Positions 7,755-16,103 of a stretch of DNA of 43,206 bases are shown here, piece by piece. Made by a program: the position numbers and the translations under genes. Source of the DNA: a virus; the UHGV virus genome UHGV-1355782; one strand, written 5' to 3'. The notes under the pieces are model-generated. The model was not told where the DNA came from and searched no databases. It was given only the letters and a program-made list of their open reading frames with translations. Position 1 is the first letter of the stretch. Each line of letters opens with the position of its first letter.

Positions 7755-8804
7755 ATGGCAATTACCACTATCGGCGATATCGTAACTGGCAACATCCCGG
7801 TCCTGGCGTCTTACATGACCGAGGACCCGGTAGAAAAAACCGCGTTCTTCCAGTCCGGCATTCTGACCCCGACTCCGTACGCTGCCGAGATTGCCCGCGG
7901 CCCGTCCAACATCGCTAACATTCCTTTCTGGAAAGCGATTGATACCTCTATCGAGCCAAACTACTCGAACGACGTATACCAGGACATCGCAACCCCACGT
8001 AACGTGCAGACCAGTGAGATGATGGCGCGCGTAGCGTATCTGAACGAAGGATTCGGTCAGGCTGACCTGACTGTTGAACTGACCAGCCAGAACCCGCTGC
8101 AATCAGTAGCGTCCCGTCTGGATAACTTCTGGCAGCGCCAGGCACAACGCCGTCTGATTGCTACCGCGCTCGGCCTGTACAATGACAACGTAGCCGCTAC
8201 CGACGCATACCACGAGCAGAACGACATGGTAATTGACGTGTCCGCTACTCTTGGCTTCGACGCTGGAGCATTCATCGACGCTACCCAGACTATGGGCGAC
8301 GCACTGATGGGTAATGGTGGCGAAGTGCTCGGCGCTATCGCGATGCACAGCTTCGTTTATGCACAGGCGCGTAAACAGCAGCTTATCGACTTCATCAAAG
8401 ACGCTGACAACGACACCTTGTTCGCCACCTACCAGGGCTACCGCGTGATTGTTGACGACAGCATGACCGTAGTCGGTACTGGCCCGAGCCGTAAGTTCAT
8501 TTCCATCATCTTCGGTAACGGCGCTATCGGTTACGGCGAAGGTTCTCCGTCCAACCCGCTGGAATACGAGCGCGAAGCGTCTCGCGGCAACGGTGGTGGC
8601 GTTGAAACTTTGTGGACTCGCAAGACCTGGTTGCTGCATCCGTTTGGTTACAGCTTCACCAGCGCAGTAATCACCGGCAATGGCACCGAGACCGTAGCAC
8701 GCTCTGCTTCCTGGCAGGACCTGGCGAACGCCTCCAACTGGAACCGTGTGGTTGACCGTAAGCATGTACCGATTGCCTTCCTGGTAACTGGTGTAGGGGC
8801 TTAA
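7755..8804 (+). CDS. major capsid protein
   Basis: 349 aa after scaffold gene; RBS GAGGAAA; followed by strong terminator; synteny. Confidence 0.8.
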   Translation: MAITTIGDIVTGNIPVLASYMTEDPVEKTAFFQSGILTPTPYAAEIARGPSNIANIPFWKAIDTSIEPNYSNDVYQDIATPRNVQTSEMMARVAYLNEGFGQADLTVELTSQNPLQSVASRLDNFWQRQAQRRLIATALGLYNDNVAATDAYHEQNDMVIDVSATLGFDAGAFIDATQTMGDALMGNGGEVLGAIAMHSFVYAQARKQQLIDFIKDADNDTLFATYQGYRVIVDDSMTVVGTGPSRKFISIIFGNGAIGYGEGSPSNPLEYEREASRGNGGGVETLWTRKTWLLHPFGYSFTSAVITGNGTETVARSASWQDLANASNWNRVVDRKHVPIAFLVTGVGA

Positions 8805-8820
8805 GGTTAAGCTATAATCG

Positions 8821-8847
8821 AGAGGGACTTCGGTCCCTCTTTTCATT
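8821..8847 (+). terminator. rho-independent terminator after capsid gene
   Basis: AGAGGGAC-ttcg-GTCCCTCT followed by TTTCATTT. Confidence 0.65.
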
Positions 8848-8865
8848 TACTAAGAGGATTCCTAA

Positions 8866-9207
8866 ATGGCAGACGTATTGAAGCGACGCATCACCGGCGT
8901 CTCCGCTGATACCCCGGGTGCTAAGATTGACATGGCTACTATTTCTCCTGCGTCTTTCTCATCCGCGCTGGCGGCTACTACCACAGTAACCGCGGGTGAA
9001 ACCATGACACTGACCGTAACCGTAACCGGCGGTCTGGAGCCGTATTCCTACCAGTGGTACAAGAATAACAACGCCATCGCCGGGGCAAACGCTGCTTCCT
9101 ATGCTAAAGCGTCGACCACTACCGCCGACTCCGGCACGTATAAAGTGGTTGTTCACGATGTGTATGGTAATATTATCTCCAGCAGCACTGTAGCAACTGT
9201 GTCTTAA
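8866..9207 (+). CDS. Ig-like domain protein (possible head decoration)
   Basis: RBS AAGAGGA; Ig-like motif YSYQWYKNNNAI...SGTYKVVVHD; resembles C-terminus of 5325-5786 product. Confidence 0.5.
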   Translation: MADVLKRRITGVSADTPGAKIDMATISPASFSSALAATTTVTAGETMTLTVTVTGGLEPYSYQWYKNNNAIAGANAASYAKASTTTADSGTYKVVVHDVYGNIISSSTVATVS

Positions 9208-9243
9208 TACAACGGCCCTTCGGGGCCGTAATAAGGAAAGGTC

Positions 9244-9423
9244 ATGGCAGATAATTATGTAATCCGCGAAAAGTACACCCACGTCGATATTGTTGACGGT
9301 CAGGTGATGCCTGTTCGCGGTGTGGTAGAAGCGGATGAACTGGTTGCGACTCAACCGGACAACGAAGAAGCGCACAACAACGGCGGTGGTACTAAGCGTC
9401 GTCGCCGTAAGTCAGAGGAATAA
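9244..9423 (+). CDS. hypothetical small protein (59 aa)
   Basis: ATG 9244 with RBS AAGGAAAGG; basic C-terminus KRRRRK; below ORF-track cutoff. Confidence 0.35.
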   Translation: MADNYVIREKYTHVDIVDGQVMPVRGVVEADELVATQPDNEEAHNNGGGTKRRRRKSEE

Positions 9424-9426
9424 TTT

Positions 9427-9939
9427 ATGCCGCTAATCGTGGAAACTGGGGCAATCGTCCCGAATGCCGACAGTTACGTTAGTCTGGCTGACGCCCGCGC
9501 GTTAGCGGCTAATTATGGCCTTGAACTGCCGGAAGACGATACCGCCGCAGAGGTGGCCCTGCGCAACGGCGCTACGTATATCGGGCTTGCAGAACCGCAG
9601 ATGTGCGGTCGTCGTGTATCCGCTGAACAGTCTCTGGCGTATCCTCGCACTGGTGTTACGCTAAACGGGTTCCCTGTAGCGAACAATGCCATCCCAAAAC
9701 AGGTTATTCTTGCGCAGGTAATCGCCTCTGCTACATATGGTGCGGGTACAGAAGTGCGGGCTAACTCTGATGGGCGTTCCGTGCAGACCGAGCGCGTAGA
9801 AGGTGCAGTAACAGTGACCTACTTCAACAACGGCAACAGTGGCACTACAACCGCGATTACCGCTGCTGACGACGCTCTACGCCCGTTATTGTGTGGTGGT
9901 CTTAACAATGGCTTCTCGTTTAACGTGTACCGGGGTTGA
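9427..9939 (+). CDS. head-tail connector/structural protein (putative)
   Basis: position in neck module; translationally coupled to following genes. Confidence 0.45.
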   Translation: MPLIVETGAIVPNADSYVSLADARALAANYGLELPEDDTAAEVALRNGATYIGLAEPQMCGRRVSAEQSLAYPRTGVTLNGFPVANNAIPKQVILAQVIASATYGAGTEVRANSDGRSVQTERVEGAVTVTYFNNGNSGTTTAITAADDALRPLLCGGLNNGFSFNVYRG

Positions 9940-10556
9940 AAATGGCGAAGACAAAAACAGAGATGTTTACCCTTATCGGCGCGAACCTCCCCGATAACAC
10001 CACCGGACTTATTACCCCCGCGAAACTACGCGAGGTAATGACGCAGATGGCTGACTCACCTATTTACGCCACTCCTGGCGTTAAAGAGGTTGAAGTTCTC
10101 CGCGCAGCGTCGACCGTAGCACAAGTGCCATCCGCAGTGGACACAGCGTTGCAGTTAACTTTCGGCTCCGCTCAGGGAAGCGCATCTGACCCGGTAATGA
10201 TTAATGCCGCTGGGCTGGTTACGTTTAACACCGCGGGTAACTACGCCGTTCGCATCAAGTTACAGGCCGGGCGTACGGGGGCGAGTGGTACATCAATCCT
10301 TTTATCACGCATTCTCCTTAACGGCGCTCAGTACGGCTCCCCCGCAGCTACTAAACTGGTCAGCGCCGACGTAACGATTCCGATTGAATCCCGCGTCGTT
10401 ATTAACCCGACAGCAGGCCAGACGTTTGCCGTTCAGATTATGCGAGATAGCTCCGGAAGCAACTACGGTGGCGTATACCCGCAAGCGGCTACCGTAACCG
10501 CATGGGGCACTGCACCGTCCGCGCTACTGGTTATCTCTAGACTGGAGGCCGCCTGA
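9936..10556 (+). CDS. structural protein (putative)
   Basis: ATGA overlap with upstream gene; within head-tail joining module. Confidence 0.45.
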   Translation: MKMAKTKTEMFTLIGANLPDNTTGLITPAKLREVMTQMADSPIYATPGVKEVEVLRAASTVAQVPSAVDTALQLTFGSAQGSASDPVMINAAGLVTFNTAGNYAVRIKLQAGRTGASGTSILLSRILLNGAQYGSPAATKLVSADVTIPIESRVVINPTAGQTFAVQIMRDSSGSNYGGVYPQAATVTAWGTAPSALLVISRLEAA

Positions 10557-10915
10557 TGAGCACCGCTTTCAGTAAACGTATGCAAGGCGTTGGCACACGC
10601 CTGCTAACCAAATTCGGCAGCACGGTATCTCTTGTTCGCGCTGGTTCGAAAGTATGGGATGAAGTTCTCGGTGAGTACGTCTGGTCTGCGGATGAAGTGC
10701 TGCCGTTGAAGGCCGTTCCGGTTCCGGTAAACGCGGGACTGGTAAACGGTACGACGATTCAGGCCGGTGACATGATTGTTAAAGCCGATTACCGCGTCGT
10801 ACCGAAGATGGAAGACAAGGTACAATTCGGCGGCGAGCAATGGTCTATCGAAGCTATTGAGAAGAAGATGGTTAATGATGATGTCGTAGCCTACTTTATT
10901 CAGGTAAGAAAATGA
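10556..10915 (+). CDS. head-tail joining protein (putative)
   Basis: coupled start; size and position. Confidence 0.45.
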   Translation: MSTAFSKRMQGVGTRLLTKFGSTVSLVRAGSKVWDEVLGEYVWSADEVLPLKAVPVPVNAGLVNGTTIQAGDMIVKADYRVVPKMEDKVQFGGEQWSIEAIEKKMVNDDVVAYFIQVRK

Positions 10916-11310
10916 CACCATTTGAACAGTCTATTCAGAATTTTATAAAGAAGGCCAAAAAGAACCCTGAACTGGTGGTTCGCCAGGTCACGATTAAATT
11001 ATATTCTCAGATTATAATGGCAAGTCCCGTTGACACGGGTAGATTCCGGATGAATTGGCAGGTCAGTAATAACACGCCAGCAACGGGTGTTTTAATAGCC
11101 AACGACCCTTCCGGGAGCAGAGCCATAGGTCGGATGACAAGTTACGTTATGTCATCTCCTGAGTGGGAAAATTTCTGTTTTACAAATAATTTGCCATATG
11201 CGGAAAGGTTAGAATATGGGTACTCACAGCAAGCACCTCAAGGCATGGTCCGTGTGACTGTCGCCAGATTCCAACGTCTACTCAACGAAGCTGCGGCGAG
11301 GGCAGATTGA
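10912..11310 (+). CDS. neck protein, HK97 gp10-like (putative)
   Basis: motif AERLEYGYSQQAPQG resembling the LEYG signature of HK97 gp10-type proteins; synteny. Confidence 0.5.
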   Translation: MTPFEQSIQNFIKKAKKNPELVVRQVTIKLYSQIIMASPVDTGRFRMNWQVSNNTPATGVLIANDPSGSRAIGRMTSYVMSSPEWENFCFTNNLPYAERLEYGYSQQAPQGMVRVTVARFQRLLNEAAARAD

Positions 11311-11723
11311 TGGGCTATTTCGAGGACTTAACAAAAGCGTTCGATGTGCCGCTGGTAGCCTTCGGAACAACCAACGGCATCAAGGTTGCGCTTGAAAACA
11401 TCGACACACCGACGTCAACCGACACACCGTATCTGGCAAGTTACATGTTACTTGCGGACACCGAGCAGGCGGATTTGTTCTTCACGGAACAACGCTCTGG
11501 TATTTATCAGGTTGACATTAACTACGCATCGGTGAAAGGTAGCGCGCCAATCAATAAAATGGCAGACTTACTTAACACGGCGTTTAAAGCAGGTAAGTCA
11601 TTTTCACGTAACGACATCTGCGCCGAGGTTCAATCGGTTAGCCTGGGGCCGCTGATTGTAGAAAACGGATGGGCCAAACGGCCATTGTCAATTAACTTTA
11701 TCGCATTCACCAAGAGGCTGTGA
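11307..11723 (+). CDS. tail terminator/completion protein (putative)
   Basis: position immediately upstream of major tail protein; coupled start. Confidence 0.4.
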   Translation: MMGYFEDLTKAFDVPLVAFGTTNGIKVALENIDTPTSTDTPYLASYMLLADTEQADLFFTEQRSGIYQVDINYASVKGSAPINKMADLLNTAFKAGKSFSRNDICAEVQSVSLGPLIVENGWAKRPLSINFIAFTKRL

Positions 11724-11725
11724 AT

Positions 11726-12763
11726 ATGGCTACAACTCCTTTTAAGGGCGCGAATACCGCGCAATTCTATGTGGCGGAAGTGACCCCGGGCGTAACACCA
11801 AGTAACCCGGTCTGGTCGCCGTTGCGAAACACCGGCGGCGTTCCTGCGGTAACCCGCGACGCGCTGACCTCCAACGAACTGGACGGCAGCCGTGAAACCA
11901 CATCCATCCGCACCGGTAACAAGCAGGTTAGTGGTGAGTACGCAATCGAACTTAGCTCACGTAGCCAGGATGATTTCCTCGCAGGCGCGATGACGTCTAC
12001 GTGGCAGGATGGCGTAACCTTAACTGCGGTAGGTATTACGGTAGACCCGGTAGCGAAAACCTTCACCCGCGCCGCCGGTAGCTTCATTACCGATGGCGTT
12101 GAAGTCGGCGACCTTCTGTACTTCGACGGCTTAACCGGAGACAACGCCAAGCCGTTTATCGTTACCGCGGTAACTGCTACGGTTGTTACGGGTGCGGGTA
12201 TCCAACACACCCTGACCGCCGAAGGCCCTATCGAGACCGACGGTAAAACGGGTGACAAGCTGGAAACCGGTAACGCGTGTAAGACATTCTCCATCCTGAC
12301 GTGGTTCAAAGGACAGTGCGGGAACCCGGACGCGTACATGTTGACCAAAGGTGTGGAAATCTCCGGTTTTACTATCGAGCAAGCCGTAAATGCGATGGTA
12401 ACCGGCAGCTTCCCATTCATCGGTCTGAGTCAGGAGATTCTTACCGCGGCGCCAGCAGGTTCCGACTTCTCCCAGGTCACATTCACTGACGAGCCGTTCT
12501 CTTCTGTAGATGTGTCTGTGTTCGACGGTTCTACGCCGTTGCGTTGCGATACTCTGACCATCACCAACGACAACGGTGCTTCCGCGCAGTTCGAACTCGG
12601 CAACAGTAGCGTCGCGTTCGTGGAACGTGGTCGCGCAGCTAACACCTTCTCCATCTCTGGTAAGCTGTACGACATGGCGATGATTCAGAAGTTTATCAAC
12701 GAGCAGCAGGTAGAGATTAACTCTATTCTGGCGGGGGTAAACGGGCTATGTCTTTCAGTTTAA
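11726..12763 (+). CDS. major tail protein (putative)
   Basis: ATG 11726 with RBS AAGAGG (ORF track starts at GTG 11720); Thr/Gly/Val-rich; followed by strong terminator. Confidence 0.55.
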   Translation: MATTPFKGANTAQFYVAEVTPGVTPSNPVWSPLRNTGGVPAVTRDALTSNELDGSRETTSIRTGNKQVSGEYAIELSSRSQDDFLAGAMTSTWQDGVTLTAVGITVDPVAKTFTRAAGSFITDGVEVGDLLYFDGLTGDNAKPFIVTAVTATVVTGAGIQHTLTAEGPIETDGKTGDKLETGNACKTFSILTWFKGQCGNPDAYMLTKGVEISGFTIEQAVNAMVTGSFPFIGLSQEILTAAPAGSDFSQVTFTDEPFSSVDVSVFDGSTPLRCDTLTITNDNGASAQFELGNSSVAFVERGRAANTFSISGKLYDMAMIQKFINEQQVEINSILAGVNGLCLSV

Positions 12764-12898
12764 AACGCGCAGAGCTTACGGCGGTCACACCAGAAATATC
12801 TGGCCCGGAATCAATTACCCAAAGCATAGAAGGACAGTCCACAGGCAACCAGTATCAGTCGTCTATCGTAATTCAACGTATTAGTTACGTATAAAACT

Positions 12899-12923
12899 AA
12901 GGCCCCGAAAGGGGCCTTTTTCT
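12899..12923. terminator. bidirectional rho-independent terminator
   Basis: AAGGCCCC-gaaa-GGGGCCTT flanked by T-run downstream and A-run upstream. Confidence 0.7.
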
Positions 12924-13099
12924 TACTCACTTTTGAACGGCATTTCGTAGAAGTTAGTTAACTGGCCTCGGTCACTTCGTTCTGTCATTTCTTTCGAGGC
13001 CTCTTCCTTGCTACCGACAGCATAAATATCAACCCACTCATCCCATTCTTCGTCATATACACGGATTACATATATTGTTTTCATAATATTTTCACTCAT
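12923..13099 (-). CDS. hypothetical protein (58 aa)
   Basis: ATG 13099 with RBS AGGAG 8 nt upstream; last gene of antisense island. Confidence 0.4.
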   Translation of the reverse strand: MSENIMKTIYVIRVYDEEWDEWVDIYAVGSKEEASKEMTERSDRGQLTNFYEMPFKSE

Positions 13100-13322
13100 C
13101 AATATTACTCCTGTACTCCCGTAACTTCTCCAGACTTTCAATTGCTTCTGCTAAGTCGGTTCCGGTGTCTTTGTGACCGCGCAGACCCATACACAGCAGT
13201 TTCTTTAACGCATGCTGTAGCGCCGGGTCACGGATATCGAAGGCGCGTAGCACATCATAGACGTCTACTGTCATGGTGCTGCCGTGGGTGTTTGTCATTG
13301 TGCGGTTGTATTTTGAAGTCAT
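13092..13322 (-). CDS. hypothetical protein (76 aa)
   Basis: ATGA coupling to upstream HNH gene; RBS GAGAGG. Confidence 0.45.
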   Translation of the reverse strand: MTSKYNRTMTNTHGSTMTVDVYDVLRAFDIRDPALQHALKKLLCMGLRGHKDTGTDLAEAIESLEKLREYRSNIDE

Positions 13323-13792
13323 TTTCCGTGCCTCTCAGTAAAGTCTTTCTTTTCTTTGTAAAAACCTTCGGCATATCTTACGGCGTCTTCTTTGTTGTCG
13401 AAACGCTTGGCTATTCTATTTCCGTTATATTGAATTTGAACTACCCACTTACCGTTATATGTTTTACTAACCCCGGTAACGCCAGACGAGTTATCCCTGC
13501 GCTTTGCTGCATTTTTGCAGTTTATGCGCCGGTCACACAGTCGAAGATTCTCTATACGGTTATCGCTTTTCACACCGTTTATATGGTCAATCTCCTTGCC
13601 TTCTGGTATAGCTCCGTTAAACATTTCCCATATAATTCTGTGGGCGAATGTCATTTTTGACCCTAGTTTAGTTCTTACATACCCTCGTTGGTCCACATAC
13701 CCTACTTTACGTCCTTTCGGGTACTTAGGGTTTACGCTGTCCTTAGCGTAAAGATTCCCGTTTTCGTATTCGTAAACATCATTCCATGTCAA
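13319..13792 (-). CDS. HNH homing endonuclease with AP2-like DNA-binding domain
   Basis: HNH motif EIDHINGVKSDNRIENLRL; C-terminal AP2-like GVTGVSKTYNGKWVVQIQYNG; TTG start coupled (TTGA) to upstream gene. Confidence 0.75.
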   Translation of the reverse strand: MTWNDVYEYENGNLYAKDSVNPKYPKGRKVGYVDQRGYVRTKLGSKMTFAHRIIWEMFNGAIPEGKEIDHINGVKSDNRIENLRLCDRRINCKNAAKRRDNSSGVTGVSKTYNGKWVVQIQYNGNRIAKRFDNKEDAVRYAEGFYKEKKDFTERHGK

Positions 13793-14928
13793 TTTATACC
13801 CCCTATCATTTCTGGTGATATTGTTAAACGTGCCACCTCCCCATATTCGGCACTATAAGTTATCACGTTAGCACTACGACCGGACATCCAGCCCCCTCGC
13901 GATGCGTAAGCATCTTTCGCAGCCAGGGTTCGGTGTTGTTCGACTACCATATTGCGGCTTTCTACTAATTTCTGATGATGTAGATGCCCTACATGAGCGT
14001 AGCTGTATGTGCTTTCTCCAAAAGCCTTACGGAATTTAGAAATCATTACTGACTCTATGGCGTCGAATCTCGCACGGTGTCCATGATGCATGAATAGCGT
14101 AGTTTTCCCGTGCTGGACCATCTTGTATACGTCTGGGGAGGTGTCCACAAATACGCGAGGTTCGTTGTCGTACAATGTACAGAACATTTCGGCGAGCCAT
14201 ACAGAGCCTACAGGGTCGTGGTTACCTTGAACTATTAAAAGTTTGACTGTGTGATGTTTAACAAGCGCCATATCGACAACACGACGCACCATACGAATCA
14301 TGTAGCGAACTAGTTTCTGATAGCGAGTATCGGCGTCTAACACATGACGCGACTCAGGGGTAACGGCATCAAGACTATCGAAGTGCGCGAAGTCGCCCAG
14401 CAGGTTAATAACCCCAGTCCCCGCATCCGGTGCTTTCTGAAACGCGGCATCGAACCAGCGGGAGAACAGGTCTTCTGCAATCTTCATATCCCAGTCATCG
14501 CCGCTCTCGTCAGCCCATGCAAGCATACCGAGATGGAAATCAGATACAGTGTAGAGATTGAGCAGTTTATCGTCACGTTTGGCGCGAACAGGTTTAACAG
14601 GCGCAACCGGTGTAATCTCTGACTTCATACCTTCAATCACGGCTTTCATCAACTCGACCTGACGTTCGGCATCGGTGTCGGTCTTAACCCATTGCAACTT
14701 AGTGTTGCCAAACTCGTCCACCAGGGACGACGTCCCTTTAATCTTGTAGCCGTCCGGTACAAGGTGACTAACATCACGCCCGTGACCTACGCCTTTCTTT
14801 GCCAGCTTCGCTTTACGGATACGAATTACGCGGTCTGAGATGCCGTATTTACGGGCGATGTCTACATTCTTCATCCCGGCGTTCAATTCTTCCTGTAACT
14901 GTTCGTCGGTTATTTTCTTCTGGGCCAT
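13789..14928 (-). CDS. HTH-domain protein fused to calcineurin-like metallophosphoesterase
   Basis: N-terminal HTH (VDIARKYGISDRVIRIRKAK); metallophosphatase motifs LLGDFAHFD, VQGNHD, HHGH; RBS GAGGAAG. Confidence 0.7.
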   Translation of the reverse strand: MAQKKITDEQLQEELNAGMKNVDIARKYGISDRVIRIRKAKLAKKGVGHGRDVSHLVPDGYKIKGTSSLVDEFGNTKLQWVKTDTDAERQVELMKAVIEGMKSEITPVAPVKPVRAKRDDKLLNLYTVSDFHLGMLAWADESGDDWDMKIAEDLFSRWFDAAFQKAPDAGTGVINLLGDFAHFDSLDAVTPESRHVLDADTRYQKLVRYMIRMVRRVVDMALVKHHTVKLLIVQGNHDPVGSVWLAEMFCTLYDNEPRVFVDTSPDVYKMVQHGKTTLFMHHGHRARFDAIESVMISKFRKAFGESTYSYAHVGHLHHQKLVESRNMVVEQHRTLAAKDAYASRGGWMSGRSANVITYSAEYGEVARLTISPEMIGGIN

Positions 14929-14966
14929 GCTTACTTCCTCGTGTTTAGGATTTGTCCTATACTAGC

Positions 14967-15158
14967 TCACTTCTCGTTAACATTCGAGTTGCACGCCCAG
15001 ATTAAAATAAATACCCACGGCAGCAGAACCCAACCAAGAAACAGGTTAGCCATAAATATTGCCAACTTCGCTTTATGGTTGCGGAAATACGCAACCAGGA
15101 AAGGCGCGAAATAAGCGAGAAGTGCAAACAGAATTAAGGAAACTGGTAAACTTGACAT
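14967..15158 (-). CDS. small membrane protein, superinfection-immunity-like (Imm family-like)
   Basis: two TM segments with motif NLFLGWVLLPWVFILIWA; RBS AAGGGG before ATG 15158 (ORF track starts 15173). Confidence 0.5.
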   Translation of the reverse strand: MSSLPVSLILFALLAYFAPFLVAYFRNHKAKLAIFMANLFLGWVLLPWVFILIWACNSNVNEK

Positions 15159-15188
15159 TTTAAACCCCTTCATTGTTGGTGTAAGTGA

Positions 15189-15217
15189 ATAGTACCCTAT
15201 TATATTGGGGTGTGCAA
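15189..15217 (-). promoter_or_regulatory. class-1 promoter TTGCAC-N17-TACTAT with palindromic operator (15187-15202)
   Basis: near-identical to element at 6126-6154; directly upstream of antisense island. Confidence 0.5.
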
Positions 15218-15325
15218 GTAATGTGATAGAATAATTTTGCGCCTAGTGTCGCACACGAAAAGCGGGTGGTTCCCGTCTGGCGCATTTACCTTTAACCTGT
15301 AACCTCTTAACCAAAGGATTAAAGA

Positions 15326-15745
15326 ATGAAACTTTCTGATTTTTATTTCGAAGAGAAAGCACTGGTAGGCAAGAAGATGCCGATTCTGCTACCGAACGGC
15401 GAAGACTCAGGGGAGTGGCTTAACGTTGTAAGCCCTGATGCGGATGCCGCCGTTAAAGCAGGGCGTGCTTTCATTATCGCGTACCGTCGCGGGTTGGCAC
15501 GTTTCGAAGAACTGGAAAAAGCAGCCAAAGAATCCGGCGACTATACTGAATATAACCTGGCTGTTAATGAACTGGCGGAAGACCTCAACAGACAACTCGC
15601 GGCAGAAGTAGTAAACGGCTGGAGTTTTGACGACGAGCCTTTCTCTAAGGATGCGTTTAACAAATTGCTGGACCAGTTCAAAGGGCTTGGAACCCAGGTG
15701 GCGTCGTTCCATAACGCTGAGCGCAAAGCATTACAGGAAAAGTAG
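15326..15745 (+). CDS. tail assembly chaperone (G-like)
   Basis: 139 aa acidic protein between major tail protein and tape measure; RBS AAAGGA; open -1 frame overlapping its 3' end. Confidence 0.55.
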   Translation: MKLSDFYFEEKALVGKKMPILLPNGEDSGEWLNVVSPDADAAVKAGRAFIIAYRRGLARFEELEKAAKESGDYTEYNLAVNELAEDLNRQLAAEVVNGWSFDDEPFSKDAFNKLLDQFKGLGTQVASFHNAERKALQEK

Positions 15746-15921
15746 ACGCGCTGTACAGGTTCGCCACCTACGAGTTTGTGGATAAGCATAAAATCAGAGA
15801 GTTTGATTCTATAGCTGACGGTCACGAGCAGGCGCTTATCGCGATGGGTGTAATCGATAAGAAAAAAACGTGCAGCGCGACGGGGTGGGCCAGAATGCCC
15901 GCCCCTTTTTATATCCACCTT
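15721..15921 (+). other. candidate -1 programmed frameshift extension (GT-like) of tail chaperone
   Basis: -1 frame is open from 15721 (after TGA 15718-15720) to stop at 15922-15924; putative slippery heptamer G GAA AAG at 15736-15742 just before the G stop codon. Confidence 0.3.
15882..15912 (+). terminator. rho-independent terminator-like hairpin between chaperone and tape measure genes
   Basis: GGGGTGGGC-cagaat-GCCCGCCCC followed by TTTTTAT. Confidence 0.5.
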
Positions 15922-16103
15922 TGAGACGTATTGCGACATTAAGTTTACGCGACACGTGCGCAAGGACGCTGTAGTATTGTTTGCAAGAGAATCCGTTACG
16001 TGGCAAGACCTGAAAGCCTATCTCGATGTTACGCAAAAACAGCTTAGCCTGTTCGAGATAGACATTATCATGGGCTTAGAAGCAATCTTTGAAGGTAGAA
16101 ATC

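Noticed and set aside
7191-8846. Long minus-strand ORFs in the supplied track (7191-8102, 303 aa; 8103-8846, 247 aa) antisense to the scaffold and capsid genes
   Set aside because: They fully overlap strongly supported plus-strand structural genes, have no RBS or promoter context and low-complexity translations; long antisense ORFs are expected in stop-codon-poor, GC-balanced coding sequence
9212-9229. Hairpin ACGGCCC-ttcg-GGGCCGT after the Ig-like gene as an intrinsic terminator
   Set aside because: No U-tract follows (AATAAGG), so not called a terminator; it may be an RNA-stabilising stem
15541-16036. Minus-strand ORFs 15541-15963 and 15836-16036 in the chaperone-tape measure spacer
   Set aside because: They overlap the chaperone gene, the candidate frameshift extension and a plus-strand terminator hairpin; no RBS; more parsimoniously non-coding
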